64,000 nucleotides of DNA from Azolla caroliniana (GCA_043228905.1 JBHGNT010000001.1:10788001-10852000), one strand, 5' to 3'. Positions 11,501 through 25,975 are shown, counted from the stretch's first letter. The notes: generated by a model not told the origin, from the sequence alone. Numbers and translations: made by a program.

Positions 11501-12769
11501 TCGTGGCAAGAAACAAGGAGAAGTTAAGGATATACACGATTTCCCGACATCTTTCCTTGCACATCTCGAGAGAGCCAAAAAAGAAAAGGATTGCCACTTA
11601 GTCAACGTGTACGAAATTGAGGAAGATGGCTCCTTCAAAAAGTTTAGCCACAAAAAGGATATTACAAGAGATCTTTACTACAACGTGGTTTGCAGCGATG
11701 ACGTTGACATGATCCAAAAAGTGCCAAAGAAGGAATATACTCTAATGATTGCAGATATTCCATACAGATTTCGAATGGCAGGGTCATCATACAACAATGA
11801 ACCATTTAGGTTTAAACAGTTAGAGAAGATGGTCAAGGATTTTGCTGAGCTAACGACTGCATCCTTGTGGAGAATAATTGTCTTTCATTGTATGGAACAA
11901 GGGTACGCGGTAGCTCAAGCTTTGAGATCTCGTTGCCATGGCATCGAGAACCTTGCATGGTAAGGATTATTTATATGTCTCATTCACTATATTGCCTTTC
12001 TTAAGATTGTTCAATCTATTCTTAACTCGATGTAATATTTGTTATAGGATAAAAACCAATGTAAATAGAGGGCCAACCTTTCGGTTCGTAAATGCCATTG
12101 AATACATTACGGTTGGCTACTTCGATGAAATTAAGAAATAAAGAATCAAGGAGCATTCTAATGAAGTGGGAGGTTCAAATCTGCTGGTATATCCAGCAGT
12201 GACACGGAAATTGCGACATATCACCACGACAGAACGAGGACTTGTCAACCCATACCAAAAACCTCAACGACTTATGATGCGCTTGATCGAGATGTTTTCT
12301 GTAGAAGGAGATTGGATATTAGACCTCTTTTTTGGCACAGGTATTCCTCGAACTAGGTTAACGATGTTGAGATAACCAATACTAAATCTTTTTTGTTGAG
12401 AACTAATTCTTCACAGGGACAACGTCTGCATGTGCATTGAAGCTCTTTAGAAACACAGTTGCATTGGAGAAGGACGAGGAGCAAGTTATATTTATAAACA
12501 TGAGGATTAAGGCTTTGTGGGAGTGCCCGGACCAGGACAAGGAGGTCGATGCAAAGAACCTTGTTGATACCGAAAGGTTTCAACCTACTTCGCGAGAGCC
12601 TATTCCTCCGTTAGCCGAGGAACCGAGGGAGCTAATAGAGCTTGATGATGAGCTTATAGAAGATATTTCATTGGCTCGGCTAACAGGGGAAGCCAATGCA
12701 TGTATAGCCGAAGAGAGTTCCATACAAGATGACGAAGAAAATGACATTGACGATTTGCTTGCTATGTAA
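8515..12769 (+). pseudogene. ParB-like + beta-class amino DNA methyltransferase gene, copy 2 (more decayed)
   Basis: Same exon structure: 8515-8549, 9571-11194, 11271-11409, 11493-11959, 12048-12340, 12417-12769. DIPY, NPYQKP and DLFFGTG motifs present. Multiple stops, e.g. 10028, 10425, 11118, 12139. Confidence 0.85.
8600..9045. repeat. Expanded array of about 8 full and 2 partial 25-bp palindromes in intron 1 of copy 2
   Basis: GAACTCGATACG-N-CGTATCGAGTTC variants at about 8600, 8651, 8693, 8744, 8795, 8846, 8897 and 9020; partial units near 8948 and 8986. Confidence 0.9.
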
Positions 12770-13850
12770 TAGATTCTTTTTAAAATGCGAAATGTATTGT
12801 TTGGAATTCACATTATTAATACAAATTTTGGGTTTTACTTGGTGGATTCTATTCTTTATAATCTTCTATATGTTTCAATTTTATTTTTATATACTTGGTT
12901 AGTAGACTTATGACATTGGTTTCACCGCGTGCATTGCTGACTACCAAATTTATGGAGAAACATGAATTAGTTTAAATTGAGGCTGATTTTGGTCAAACTT
13001 TACCTTAACATAACATGGTTGTAGAATTGTTGCTATGACCGTCCATGTTGTTATTATGGATCTTTGTCTTCTATTGTTAAAACTATTATGTTTCTCTTCC
13101 ATTGCTGCTTAGATTGTGTAGTGTGTTGATAATGGTTCCACTAGCGTTATCCGCATGTTTTTATACGCTTGTAGTTCCACTAGTGTTATCGTTCTGAGTT
13201 TGATCCTGTGTGAATCACCTAAACCCTTAGATCAATTTTAAATACAAGTATGAAAGCCTTAATAGGTTTGTTATTTCCACCATATTATCCTAAAGTTCAC
13301 TGTCTTACATTGTCCACAATTATATACATATGGTTTGATCCCATACGAACAAACTGAGGAATATATTAGATTAACTTTAAATACAAGTATTAAATACCTT
13401 TATAAGTTAGTTATTCCAATCACATTATCCTAAAGTGCACTATCCTACATTGTCCACAATTATATACATGCGAGTATGGGTCAAAGTATAAATTATAACT
13501 CATTTTATTAGTATGGTTACAAGTACACCTCTTATTTTGTAAAACTTACCAAATTAATATAAGTCTTTAACATAGTGTTTCCCATGTCGCACATTAGTGA
13601 CATATTGAGCCATTGTTGAACTTTATTATGCCTACATTAACTTATCAACACGTCCAAACTTATTTGAATTTCTAATGATCTCCACTCGTAGACCTATCAT
13701 GTATTTTTATATTTGCAAATTCTAATCAAGTTGTGGAACATGTGATACTAGTGCATCCAATTTTTGTAGAGAGGGTATATTTGGATAGTTTCAAGAAGAT
13801 TCTACAAGTGGAATGCACAATCCTTCCACTTGTGAACGCAAACGTGTTCT

Positions 13851-16800
13851 TATTAGATGTTGAGAAACATTGGGCGACGTTCTTAACACCAACAAATGTT
13901 ATGCCGCCAACCGGAACAGACATACACTTCAATAGTCGCAACACTGCCACAAGTTCCTAGACCCATTACAAGGGATGGCCCAACTCCGATGGAAATAGAG
14001 TCAACACAACATCGAGGGCCCTTTTTAGATGTTGAGAAACAACAACGTCGAGCGCACCGTCTATGTCTATATTGCGGTTGTTCGGGACATATAGCCGTGA
14101 ATTGTCCAAATAAACCCTGATGTCAAGTATACCAAGTAAGTGCACATGATAACCCTACCTCAAGTTTTATTATCACTTCTAATAACTTAAGTAAACCTAA
14201 TAGCCCATGCCATGAGAATAGATTTGATGTCTTGAGCCAATTAGAGGATGTGTTAAACAAATAACTCCGGCCAAAATAGGAGCCATTTGGTTGGACCATC
14301 CTAGATATGTAGAGTTAGTACCTAGTCGTGGTTCTATTTCATCAAATCAAGTTAGTAGAGTTTTTTCTGCATAAGTCGAGCTTAGCACATCTACAGGTCA
14401 TCGAGTCCTAGCCTCTGCCCTCCTAGATTCCACAACCAATTCTTGTTTCATGGATTGTGAGTTTGCCTTGACACAAAACATCCTCTTGAATAAGCTCCCA
14501 AACCTAGTAGATGTAGGAGTCATGGATGACCGCCCTATAGCATCAGGTGATATAGTTGAAGAGTTTGAACCAATTCCTGTAGTCCTAGGCAATTTGGCTA
14601 GTGTCATCTCATTTAACATCATTAGTAGTCCAGAGCACTCCCTAGTTCTTGGTCTTCCTTGGTTTGAGCTACATAACCCAACTATTGATTGGAGGGAAAG
14701 AACTATAGAAAAGGTCAAGATACAACCCGAGTCTCTTAAAACTCCAACAAAGGATCTAGGATCCCACATGATTTCAACAGTCTCTATACATTAGTTATGT
14801 GAGGATGGAAGGAAGGAAGACATGTTTGTGTTCGTGGTTTTAGCAACTCCCTCATCCAACTCACAAGAATTGGGGATCCTACTATGAAAGAAGTATATAG
14901 AATCGTGTTTGATAAGGTGAAGGCTAATAGACTACCAAAGCATCGACTATATGATTGCCCGATTGATTTGCAGCCAAGAAAAGAACCTCAATGGGGCCAA
15001 TTTATAACCTTTCACCCACGAGGAGTAACCTGCAGGGCAAATGGTTTTATCCAACATTCAAGATCTCCTGCGGGTGCACCCATCTTTTTCGTTAAGAAGA
15101 AAGATGGTTCGGTTTGTATGGTCGTGGATTATTTCACGAAGTTAGATTTTCGAGGTGCCTACAACCTTGTTCGAATCTGTGCTAGGGATGAATGGAAGAT
15201 TGCTTTCCGTATGTGCTATGGCCATTTTGAGTATAGAGTGATGCCATTTGGTGTCACGAATGCACCAACAATTTTCCAACATATGGTGAATGACATTTTT
15301 CGGCACTTCCTCGATATCTTCATCATAGTTTACCTAGATGAGATCTTGATCTCCTCAAAAACTCAAAAGGAGCATGAGATACACATTTGCCAAGCTGGGG
15401 CCAAGCTTTGTAGTGGTTGCGAGAGTATGGTCTCTATGCAAAATTGGAGATGTGTAGTTTCGAACAATGTCAAGTGGAATTTTTGGGGTATATGGTCTCT
15501 TCGAATGGCATCTCTATGGATCCATCAAAGGTTCAAACAATTTTGGATAATTGACAAATACCACAGTCTGTGCGAGTTGTACAATGTTTTTTGGGGTTTG
15601 AAAACTTTTATTGCAAGTTCACCAAAGATTATTCAAAGATCGTATTGCGCCTCACTCAACTAACGCAAAAGAATCGACCATTTGCATGGAGTACAAATGC
15701 ATACTCAGCATTTGAGGGTTTAAAGCCATCATTTACATTTGCACCAATTTTAATGCATGTCGATCCAATGAGGTGCTTTATACTCCAAGCCGATGCATCT
15801 GACTTCGCACTCTGAAGTGTACTATCCCAGATTGGCAATGATGGCCAACTACACCCTGTGGCTTTTCACTCATGGAAATTTGAAGCAGAAGAAATCAACT
15901 ATGAGATTCACGACAAAGAGCTTCTTGCCATTGTGGATTCTTTTCAACAATGGTGCCATTTTTTGGAGGGTTCTTCTCAACATATTATTGTCTACAACAA
16001 TCACAAAAATCTAACGTACTTCCAAAGTGCTCGAGTCTTGAGTCGTCGACAAGCTCATTGGGCGCAGTTGTTAACTAGTTTTGATTTCGTAATTCTATAT
16101 CGCCTTGGGATGGAACAAGGAAAAGTAAATGCTTTATCTCGACGTTCGTATATGGAACTTCAACCAGGAGAAGTTGCATTTGAAAGTCAGAAACAAATCC
16201 TCTTAGGGCCTGTTCGTCTATGACTAATGGCAATGCATACTATCAACAGACTTGGAGATTCAAGTCTTCTTGATTCCATTCGGGAGCATATTGTGACAGA
16301 TGCATTTGTCCAAGAGATTTTGAACCATATTATCCCCGATCATGCGTCTAGCTCCCAATCTCCAATCCTCGTCCAAACTACACCCAATTCCATTGGCATG
16401 ATGGTTTACTTTTTCAACAAAATCTCTTTTATGTGCCTGACGGTCCTTCTCGACTCCAAGTCTTGCAACAATGTCATGACACACCAATGGCTAGACATTT
16501 TGGCATCCACAAGACGTTTGAGTTAATTTCTCGCCGTTATTGGTGGCCACTACTTCGCCATTTTGTTACGTATTAAGTTCGTAGTTGTGATACATGTTGC
16601 CGAAAAAAAAAGCCTCGACAACATCCATGTGGCTTATTACAGCCACTGCCTTTTCCTGGGAACCCATGGAAATCTATTTCCTTGGACTTCATTACGGATC
16701 TCCCACCTTCTAAGGGTTTTGATTCTATTCTCACTGTAGTAGATTGTTTTGCAAAGATGGCACATTTTCTTCCATGCACGAAGGCCATTACTAGCCGTGA

Positions 16801-18165
16801 GACAGGTGATTTACTCATGCGGGAGGTGTTTCGGCATCATGGTCTTCTAGATGATATTATTAGTGATTGGGGTCCCTTGTTCATCTCAAAATTTTGGCGG
16901 CATATGTTCAAACTCTTACACACTTGCAAACTCTCGTCCGGCTACCATCTAGAAACTAACGGGCAGAGTGAGCGCACCAACCAAACAGTCGAGCAACATC
17001 GTCGTTGTTTTGTCAACTATCAACAAGATGATTGAGTTGATCCACTACATTTGGTAGAATTCGCTTACAACAATTCTGAACATTCTTCTACTGGATATTC
17101 CCCATTTTTTGCGAACATTGGGTACCATCCTCATTGGACGCTACTTGAACATCCCGAATTCCCGACAAACCTGGGTGTTGAAAATCAGCTCACCCCACTC
17201 CAAGAAATTCAGGATATACTTTCACACCATCTATGTGACGCTCAAAACACTCAAAAGAAGGTTGCCAACCGTCATCGACGTGATTCATCGACTACATTTG
17301 AAGGAGGAGATCACATATGGCTCTTACAAGGTAGCATTAAAACCACCAGACCTTGTTGCAAATTGGATTATAAATATTTTGGCCCATATGTGATCACTGG
17401 TAAGATCAATGATGTGGTATTTCGACTTGACCTTTCTCCTCATATGCGTCTTCACCTAGTCTTCCATGTTTCACTTTTGGAGCCCTACACAACAAGCTCT
17501 ATTCCGGGCCGTGTTACATCTCTCTCCCCCTCCGGTTGAAGTTTCCAATGGCTCTGAATATGAAGTTGTTGCCATTCTCGACTCCAAGATCGTCCACAAT
17601 AAATTATATTATTTGGTTGACTGGTTAGGTTATACACCTAATGATTGAACATGGGAGCCTCTCGAGAATCTTGCTAATGCCTCTGACATGGTTGCTACAT
17701 TTCACAACAAATATTCCCATAAGCCAAGTCCGAAATCTTGTCTTCCGACTCGTGGAACTCGTCGTCGAAAAGGGGGGATAATATCATGAAGAGATTCATT
17801 TTGGGTTACAAGGATTCAAACCCACAACATCTTGGACTATGTGTTAGACGTTTAACCATTGTAATAACATATATGATGTGTAATTTTAATAATTATATTA
17901 TTAGTTATTACAAGATATTTAGAGTATTCTAGAACATTCTAAAATATTCCATGATTATATTAAATATCATAAATATCTAAAATATTCTAAAACATTCTAG
18001 AATACTCCATAAGGACCTATAAATAGGTGTCTATTCATTCATTACAACTCATTCGGTTCAACACCAGTCTTTAGCCCTTAGCTTACTCTTTGTAAACCTT
18101 GTTTTCTCATAATATAAACCATTTCCATTTCCTATCTTATTTCTATCTCTCTTTACCTTCTATCT
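13851..18165 (+). mobile_element. Degenerate Ty3/Gypsy chromovirus (Tcn1-like), 5' part absent from this position
   Basis: Gag PMEIES and CLYCGCSGHIAVNC knuckle; protease; RT (APIFFVKKKDG, MPFGVTNAP, YLDE); RNase H (DASDFAL, NYEIHDKELLAIV); integrase (DFITDLP, NGQSERTNQ, GPY); chromodomain EYEVVAILDSK..YLVDWLGY; PPT AAAAGGGGGGATA at 17768-17780. Confidence 0.9.
17782..18165 (+). repeat. 3' LTR of the Gypsy element (right end approximate)
   Basis: Follows the PPT; CTATAAATAGG near 18017; ends at a (CT)n microsatellite at about 18166-18193. Confidence 0.6.
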
Positions 18166-18193
18166 TCATCTCTCTCTCTCTCTCTCTCTCTCT

Positions 18194-21100
18194 TTTGGTA
18201 AAAGCACACAATTATATTAATTGTATGTAAAAGCCACTTAGTTACAACACTTCTTAGTCTCCTCTACCTATCATATGCCTATGGAGGGAGAGGGACGTTC
18301 TGTAATGCTACTAAAAAACCTGAACATCAAAAAATTCCACATGAGAATACCTTTAAGCTTCTTTATATAGGCTTTCACCCCATGTCTATTATCAAACATG
18401 AAAGAATTACGCATACTCCAATTGTGTTGTAGACCCCAATAACGTAAAAATTGCAACAATATCTGCATCTCATCATCTGATCCATTTTGAAAATATTGAG
18501 AAAAAACCCATTGTTGAGGTCTCAAACAATTACGGGTTAAAACTTGCCAAATGTCCGATAAGTACTTCCAAATGGTACACGTTATAGGACATTTAATGAA
18601 CCTATGTGTACTATCCTCCAATGGAACGGTGCAAAAGAAACAAGTGCCAGACCCTAGTCCTCGTCTCTTTAAGGCCGAACCTAATGGGAGCCCACCAATC
18701 ATGACTCTCCATATGAATACCTTTGCATGAAATGGTAGATGGGAATACCAACCACGTTGTAATATTTTCCACCACCTTGTATCTGACTTATATACATTCC
18801 ACAACTTTGTTGCTTTAGGAGATAGCTAAGATAATGATGCCATCACATGATTATACAATATATTTGTAATGATCTGTAACAAGCTTGTACCATCTTGTAA
18901 CCGCCAATCTACCCAAGGTGCAAAATTGGTTTTCAATGGCAAAGATCCTTGCAACAATGGTATATCATGTAATTTCTCCGAAATAAATCCGTAATTTAGG
19001 GGAATACATAACCATCTCTTGGCATCTTCAAAATCCGACAACCTTTGAGATTCATTATCAACCACATCTTCCAAATGTACAATCCCCAATCGAAATAAAA
19101 GATTGAATTGAGATCTCAACTTCTCTTTCCCATGCCAAAACAACACTCGAGAAGAAACAAGCAATTCGTTTTGTAATGAATTACAATATTCTCGATCACT
19201 TGATGGTCCCCATTCAAATGCAGCTTGCCACGATCTTACCAAATGTTGTCCACATACAGAATGTCGAATCTTTAGAGGAATACTTCCATTCGGTAGTGAC
19301 CACCATGATGCTTGAATCTTTGTTTTCCCATCCACCAATCCTTCATGCTCAATAAAATATTGCATCATAGATATCCATGGTTGATCTTGTTGACATATAT
19401 CTCGTAATAATGTAAATCTACGAGCCATCAAATGTCTTTCCAAATCCAATATTGCTGCACCACCTAACCTTTTAGGAGTAGCCAAATGGTCCCATGAAAT
19501 CCATGTAACTCCCATCATTTCTCCCTTCTGCCACAACATGAACCGAATAGGTTGTAACATGCTTTGTAATGCCTTCTTAGTCCAAGGAAGTAAAGGCAAA
19601 AAATAAAATAACATGGGTATCAAGATACATTGCACCACTTTGAATCGTACATGAAAGGGCCATAATTGAGACTTCCAATACATAAATTTGTCCCTCAATT
19701 TACTACCAATCCAATCAATCACTTGAACATTTGTAACATCAATGCCCAATGGATAACCCAAATGTCGATAAATTGAACCTCGTGTAATCACTGATCCTCG
19801 CTATCCCAAACATTCCAAATCACTGTCCGTACAAGAAATAAGGCAAGACTTCCTTCAATTTATATACAACCTTGAAGCCAAAGCAAATTGATCCCAAACT
19901 TGCATACTCCTTTTAAGATTTTCTTTTGAGGCTTGTAAAAACATAAAACCATAAGGAAGATGCAAACCCACAATATCACCACTGGCCGCAAGATTTGACA
20001 ACATTACTAACAAAGGATGTGTAACAATAGCAAATAACAATGGGCTTAGTGGACATCTGCACGGATCTAGTAAGAAACATTTTCAGAGTTACTCCGCCAT
20101 TACGCATCACACGAGAGGTTGCATTTTGCCCTAGCAAAAAGATAAGTCGACACATACGAGGACCAAATATTATCCATCACACCTGAGAGGAAAGACCAAT
20201 TAACATGATCATATGCTTTTTCCAAATCTAATTGCACCATAACCATTTCTTGATGTGTATGGCGAGCATAATCGGTAACCATTTGAACATTCTAAACATT
20301 ATGCAATATATTTCTACCTACAATAAAACCATATTGAGATGGATGAATAAGTTGAGGTAAGAATTTCTTAAGTCTGTGGACAATATCTTTGCAAACACTT
20401 TGTACAACCCTTGCAAACACTTTGTACAACCCTCCCATCAATGAAATAGGCCTCCTTTGGTATCAATTGGATTAATCCCACCTTCCAACTCTCAAGCATG
20501 AAACCAGAATCCCAACATTGTTGAAACATTTGTGGGAATGGACTCTAAGTATGCTTATTCAAAATTAGCATCCAATTCTTGACAAATATTTGTATTCACA
20601 ACACACCCAATTAAATTTTAAAACTCTTGTTGTGCTTTCAACACATCCTCATTAATAATCAACTATGACCCAATCGAATTCTTAAAAGGAGTGATACATA
20701 ACTCAATAACCTTGATCGGGTCTACAACAATGTCATCCCCTATCTTAATTTGGACCACATTCAAATGAGCATATGATGGTCTTAATCTTTGAAAAAACAT
20801 ATGAGAATGTGATTGGTTATCTATAAATCCCTCCTTTAGCTAACATAGTCTTGTCTTTTGATAACTTTGACGAGACAAATTCTTCACAATGTCTTGTTCT
20901 AGAACTTGAACATCCAAAAGCTCTTCATCATGCGGATTATTCATCAATAGTACATTGCAACGCGTAAGAATACGTAAAAACTTATCAATAAATTTCTTAC
21001 ATCTTTTAGCATTAGTCATACCATACATACAATGAATGTCATGTTTTGTAGTGTTGTATCCCATGCATGCCATCCTTTTGAAATAACTTGTTCTGAAGAC

Positions 21101-22656
21101 ATGCCAAAAATTTGTTGCATATAGGCATTAAATAAGGAATGTAATAATAACGACGAATTAAACTTCAAAGGAACTCGATCAAGGAATGTTTTGTAGATAT
21201 CTACCCCATGTTTATTAAACTCAAAACATATGGGAAAATGATCTGATGTCACAACCTCTTGCATAATTGACATATTAAGTATCTTTGGCAAAAAGGACTC
21301 ATCATGCATTCTATCTAACCTACTCCATGTTTCTTTATATTGCATCGACTGAAATGTAAACCCAACCTCATCTTGATGCAACCATTCCCATACATCCAAC
21401 TTCAGAACCTCTGATGCCAATTTGTCCCAAATTGCTTGTTCAAGAGAATCCATCAATGAGAATCTTGAAGTAGATTGTGAAGCATCAACACAGATATTAA
21501 AATCACCCATTAACAAACCAACATGACCCACTAATAATAGTGGATACACTGAGACCATAACTCAATGCGTTGATTAACATTATTGGGTGCATAGATTCCT
21601 ACCAACCATATCAAATACTCAAAATACTTGACTTCCATCACCAAAAAACATCCATATGAATCATTATAGATTATATGTGGACAAAACAAATCACGAATAA
21701 TCAAATACTCAAAATACTTGACTTATATGCTGTGATAACTGCCCTGCATAATATGCGAAATATCCACACAAATGTAACACAGATCCTGCTAAATCATGAC
21801 ACTTTGTTCAACTGCACATAGAACATCTCATTCTTTATCAAATAAGGTTTTCCATAATATATATTTCTTATGAGGAGAAGATGCCCCTTGTACAATCATG
21901 ATACCACTTTCATTTAACACCTTTAGTAAGAACCTACTCTTTATGAGCACGTGTATTCATGAATGTACTAACTACTTGTTTAAGAGTTGCATAAGGATTC
22001 ATGTGTACTACATCCCCTCCACCAATAATAAGGTGTTGTTGTCTAGCTCCACAAGAACGAAGTCCTTGATTTAATTGAGGTTGCACCACCCTTCCTGAAG
22101 AATCGAATTGTAATTGGTTGGACACTTTGATTTCACACTTGTTTTTGCCAAGGATTTTTCTTAAGCCCCTCATTCAATCTCAAATGATCTTTTGGTAATG
22201 CCTTACCGTTAGTACTTTTTGTGTCCCTTTGTATGGAAACACCCTTCTCTTTTATCTTATGCTTCACTTGATGGCACTCTCCATCTTCAACATCTGGGTT
22301 ATCATTAATATGTACTCCATTCTCCTCCCCAACACGTCTAACATGACCATGAACATTAGGATCTCGCTCTAACCCATGAGATGTTCCCTTATCCATGACC
22401 ATATCAACCGTTGAGACAAAATCCTTCTCAACATCTTCCTTATTATTCCCTTTGACATAATTTTCTAGGGATAGTTCACCATGATATTGGCATTCAACCA
22501 TAAAATGTCCCAATTTACCACACTTAAAACAATGTCTTGCAAAAGTCTTCCATTGAAGCTTAAAACGAAATTGACCAAATTCAGATGTATCTATACTCAA
22601 CCATCCTGGAAGTTTACAAATTGTATCCCATAACATGCAAAATCTACATTTGTTCA
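18194..22656 (-). mobile_element. Degenerate LINE (L1/Tx1-like)
   Basis: ORF1 knuckle CFKCGKLGHFMVEC (22133-22657); endonuclease MGDFN, SRLDR, TSDHFP; RT LDLEKAYDHV and YRHLGYPLG; zf-RVT CFFC..DSTHRFIKC. Many stops. Confidence 0.9.
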
Positions 22657-24765
22657 TGTGAAGAATAACGTGCGCAAGCTTGTAGACAAACCGGTTTATC
22701 CGGATAGCAACAGAAAAACAGAGACAAGGTTTAATAGAAGCTTAGCAATAGAGAATACATAGGAGAGGAAGAAAGAGCAAAAAACATAACCTCAATTCAA
22801 ATAAAAACACTCTGTACATACAATGTGCTCAGTGAGCACTTTTATACAAGCCCATAAAGGACTGACAAGTACTTCAATGCTCATACGAGCGATTGACACT
22901 AACTCCAAGGAATCTGGCTACGTGCTAGGCTAGATTCGTAGGCCTCTAATGGCCTAACGGTTATGATGATCCGGCTCTCCGATCCAACTCCTGGTTTCGG
23001 ATACCGATCTGGACACTAATCCGGTTCTCCATTTCGGAATCTGTTCCGGCTTTGGCTTATTCAACCTATCCGGATCCAATTGAGCTTGTTCGCTCAACAC
23101 TCCCCCTCAAGCTCAACTTGAGATTAGATGGCAGTGTCTGTGTCTTTGTCTGTTGGTCCTCTTCTCTGGCTCAACCTAGCGTCTTCTCGCTTGGCTCACA
23201 CTCCACGTCCGGTTCGGTTCTGCTTTCCTCGACCCATCCGGTTTGACGCACCTCGACCTTCTCGGTCGGCTTGTCTGCTTATAAGGCCCTTCTTAGTTCC
23301 TTCATTGTTGCGACTTAGGCGCTTCTCGACCCATCGGTTCCTCCGTATTGGTGTCGACTTCCACTACCTCCTTGTCCGTTTGGCCTTTGGTTGATCCAGC
23401 TCATCTGAATCAAACACCTCTTCCAAATCGGGTGCCTCCGATTTGTTCTAGCTCTTGTTTGAATTGGTTGTACAACGTCCTTGAAGAGTTCAAAGGCCTC
23501 GCTCGTAGTGACGACATAGACCTTAGCAGTTAATACAAAGAGGGCCAGTCCAGGATTGTATTGTTCTCTACTAAGGCAACGGACATTTCCTTAACAAATC
23601 TGTACGCCACTCCACACGCAAGCTAGACTGGGCCTCGCCGTGGCAGAACAAAATTCTTTCTCAATCTTCAAGCCCTTTACCACATCGGACCACGTCCAGG
23701 TCTTGGCCTTCTGGTCAACTCTGTCCTTCTTGACTTTGCCACCGTCACCGCTTGTTCCGACTTTATTGGATGTGCTGAATTCTTCAGTTGACTTGGCTTG
23801 CTTTTTCTTCTTCTTGTCTCCCCCTATCTCTCCAGCTCTTTGTCTGGTGCCATCACCTGTTTTCCCGGTTTCCATTCCGGTTCTCCCCGCATCAGTCCCA
23901 GTTCTCCCCCTCAAGTGCAGCATGTCGAGATGCTGAAGTCCAAGCATCTTCGAAAATTTTTGCAACTTGTTGGTTCCGAGGGGTTTGGTGAAGATGTTGG
24001 CAACCTTCCGATCCGTCCGAACATACTGGAGTCCTACTTCCCCGTTGAGGACCCGTTCATGCACAAAGTGATAATGGAATTCTATGTGCCTAGCATGGAA
24101 CATAGGGTTCATGGCGAGTTGCATGCGGCTCATGTTGTCGTAGTAGATCGGGATCGGAGTCGGGACTTCGATCTGTAGGTCTTGCAGCAGTCATCGAAGC
24201 TAGATGGCTTCACAAATGGCAATGGTAGCGCCCCGATACTTAGCCGCAGTGCTTGATAGGGCCATTGTTGGTCGTTTTTTGCTGCTCCACACACAAGCCA
24301 CCTACCTAGAGAGAACATGAATTCGGAAGTGAACCGTCGATCCGATGCATCTCCGGCCCAATCAACATCAGTATATCCGACTAGCTTCTCGGTTATACCA
24401 CGTCCGTATAACAGTCCCTAGTCCTTAGTGCCGCTAACATACCTTAGTATTTGGTGCATGCACTGAGGGTGCTCCTCCATTGGTATCTGCATGAACTGAC
24501 TTATCGCTCCGATCGGATAGCTAATGTCGGGTCGGGTGATCGTCAAATAAATAAGGCTTCCGACAATTTGTCGGAATCGATTCTCGTTGCAGGCCGGTCC
24601 AAAATCTGGAGGAAGCTTCAAGTTCTGGTCCAGAGGTGTGGAGATCGGTCGGCAATACGTCATGCCGAACTTGTACAACATATTCAACACATAGGTGAGA
24701 TAACAATATGTCGTTGGGGGTGTGGATCACTTCGATCCCGAGGAAGTAATGAAGGAAGTAATCCA
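22657..24765 (-). mobile_element. Copia 3' fragment: RT/RNase H end plus 3' LTR (22657-23099)
   Basis: IVGSLIYLTITRPDISY; ARHIEFHYHFVHE..ANIFTKPL; PPT (tccccctcaa on plus) at 23101; LTR bounded TG...CA. Confidence 0.85.
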
Positions 24766-25975
24766 CGACGCTTTAGAGCTAATCCCAAAGGCAATCCTCT
24801 AATCAAAACTCTTAAAATGAAGACCTTTGCTACAAGTGGCAATTTAGAATGCCAACTACGTTGTAAGATCTGCCACCACCAATGATCAGATTTTTGTATT
24901 CTCCATTCTTCTTCAGCCTTAGATGATAACCATCCAAGGCTCAACAAAGCAATGATACAAAAGATTAGTAGTCACTTGTAATAAAGATGTTTGACCCTTT
25001 AAACACCAATCAATCCACGATTGTTCTCCTATTTTATAGAGGTAAGGGACCTTACATCAATGGAATATTTTGTAGTTGTTGCCAAGTAAACCCATAATTA
25101 GGCGGAATGCATAATAATTGTCACGCTTCAACAAACTCCAAAATTCTTTGAGATGAAGCCTCAACTATATGTCCCACCTCTTTGACCCCCAAACGAAACA
25201 AACGATTAAATTGAGAGCACAATCTCTCCTTTCTTGGCCAACATAATAATTGAGAAGACACAAGCAACTCTTTTTGCAAAGAATTACAATGCTCTTTACT
25301 AGATGATGGTTTCCATACACATAGCAAGAGTGCTTCTTGCCATTAGGTAAGCAAGTGTTGAACACATGTAGAGCCTGGAATCCTAAGTGAAATACATTCA
25401 TTCAGTAATTGCCACCATGAAGCCTTAATTGTTGTCCTCCCATGTGTTAAACCCTTGTTCTCAATGAAATATTGAAGAATATATATCCATGGTTGTGAGT
25501 TTGAACATATGTCTTGTAATAATGAAAATCTACGAGCCATCATATGCTTAGATAAGTTCAATATTCTAGTTCCCCCCAAGCACTTAGGGGTTGCTAGATG
25601 ATTCCACGCAACCCAAGTGATTCCCATCTTATCCCTCTTCTTCCACAACAAATATTGAAGAAGTTGCAAAATAGAATGCAAAGATTTCTTTGTCCATGGC
25701 AACAATGACAAGTAATATAATATCATGGGTTCCATAATACATTGTACAACCTTCAAGCGTACATGAAATGGCCAAGATTGTGACTTCCAATACATGAACT
25801 TATCCCTCAACTTGTTAGACATCCATTCAATCAATTGGCCATTTATAACATTATTCCTAATGGATAGATAGCCCAAGTGTTGAAAAATAGAGCCTTTCTT
25901 CACCACATATCATTGCCATCCTAAACATTCCAAATCCCTTTCAGTACATGATATGAGACTAGACTTCCTCCTCTC
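24761..25975 (-). mobile_element. LINE ORF2 3' fragment, same family as 18194-22656
   Basis: KLRDKFMYWKSQSWPFHVRLKVVQC and GLPLGLALKRRG are paralogous to the ORFs at 18826-19791 and 18271-18804. Confidence 0.85.

Larger units (their letters stand above)
1..13850. mobile_element. Two nested or tandem copies of a composite DNA transposon (Sola-like transposase + ParB-MTase)
   Basis: 1-6010 is colinear with 7411-13850 across genes, promoter and 3' flank. Homology stops at about 6010 and about 13850, just after a 10-bp-stem hairpin. Confidence 0.7.
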
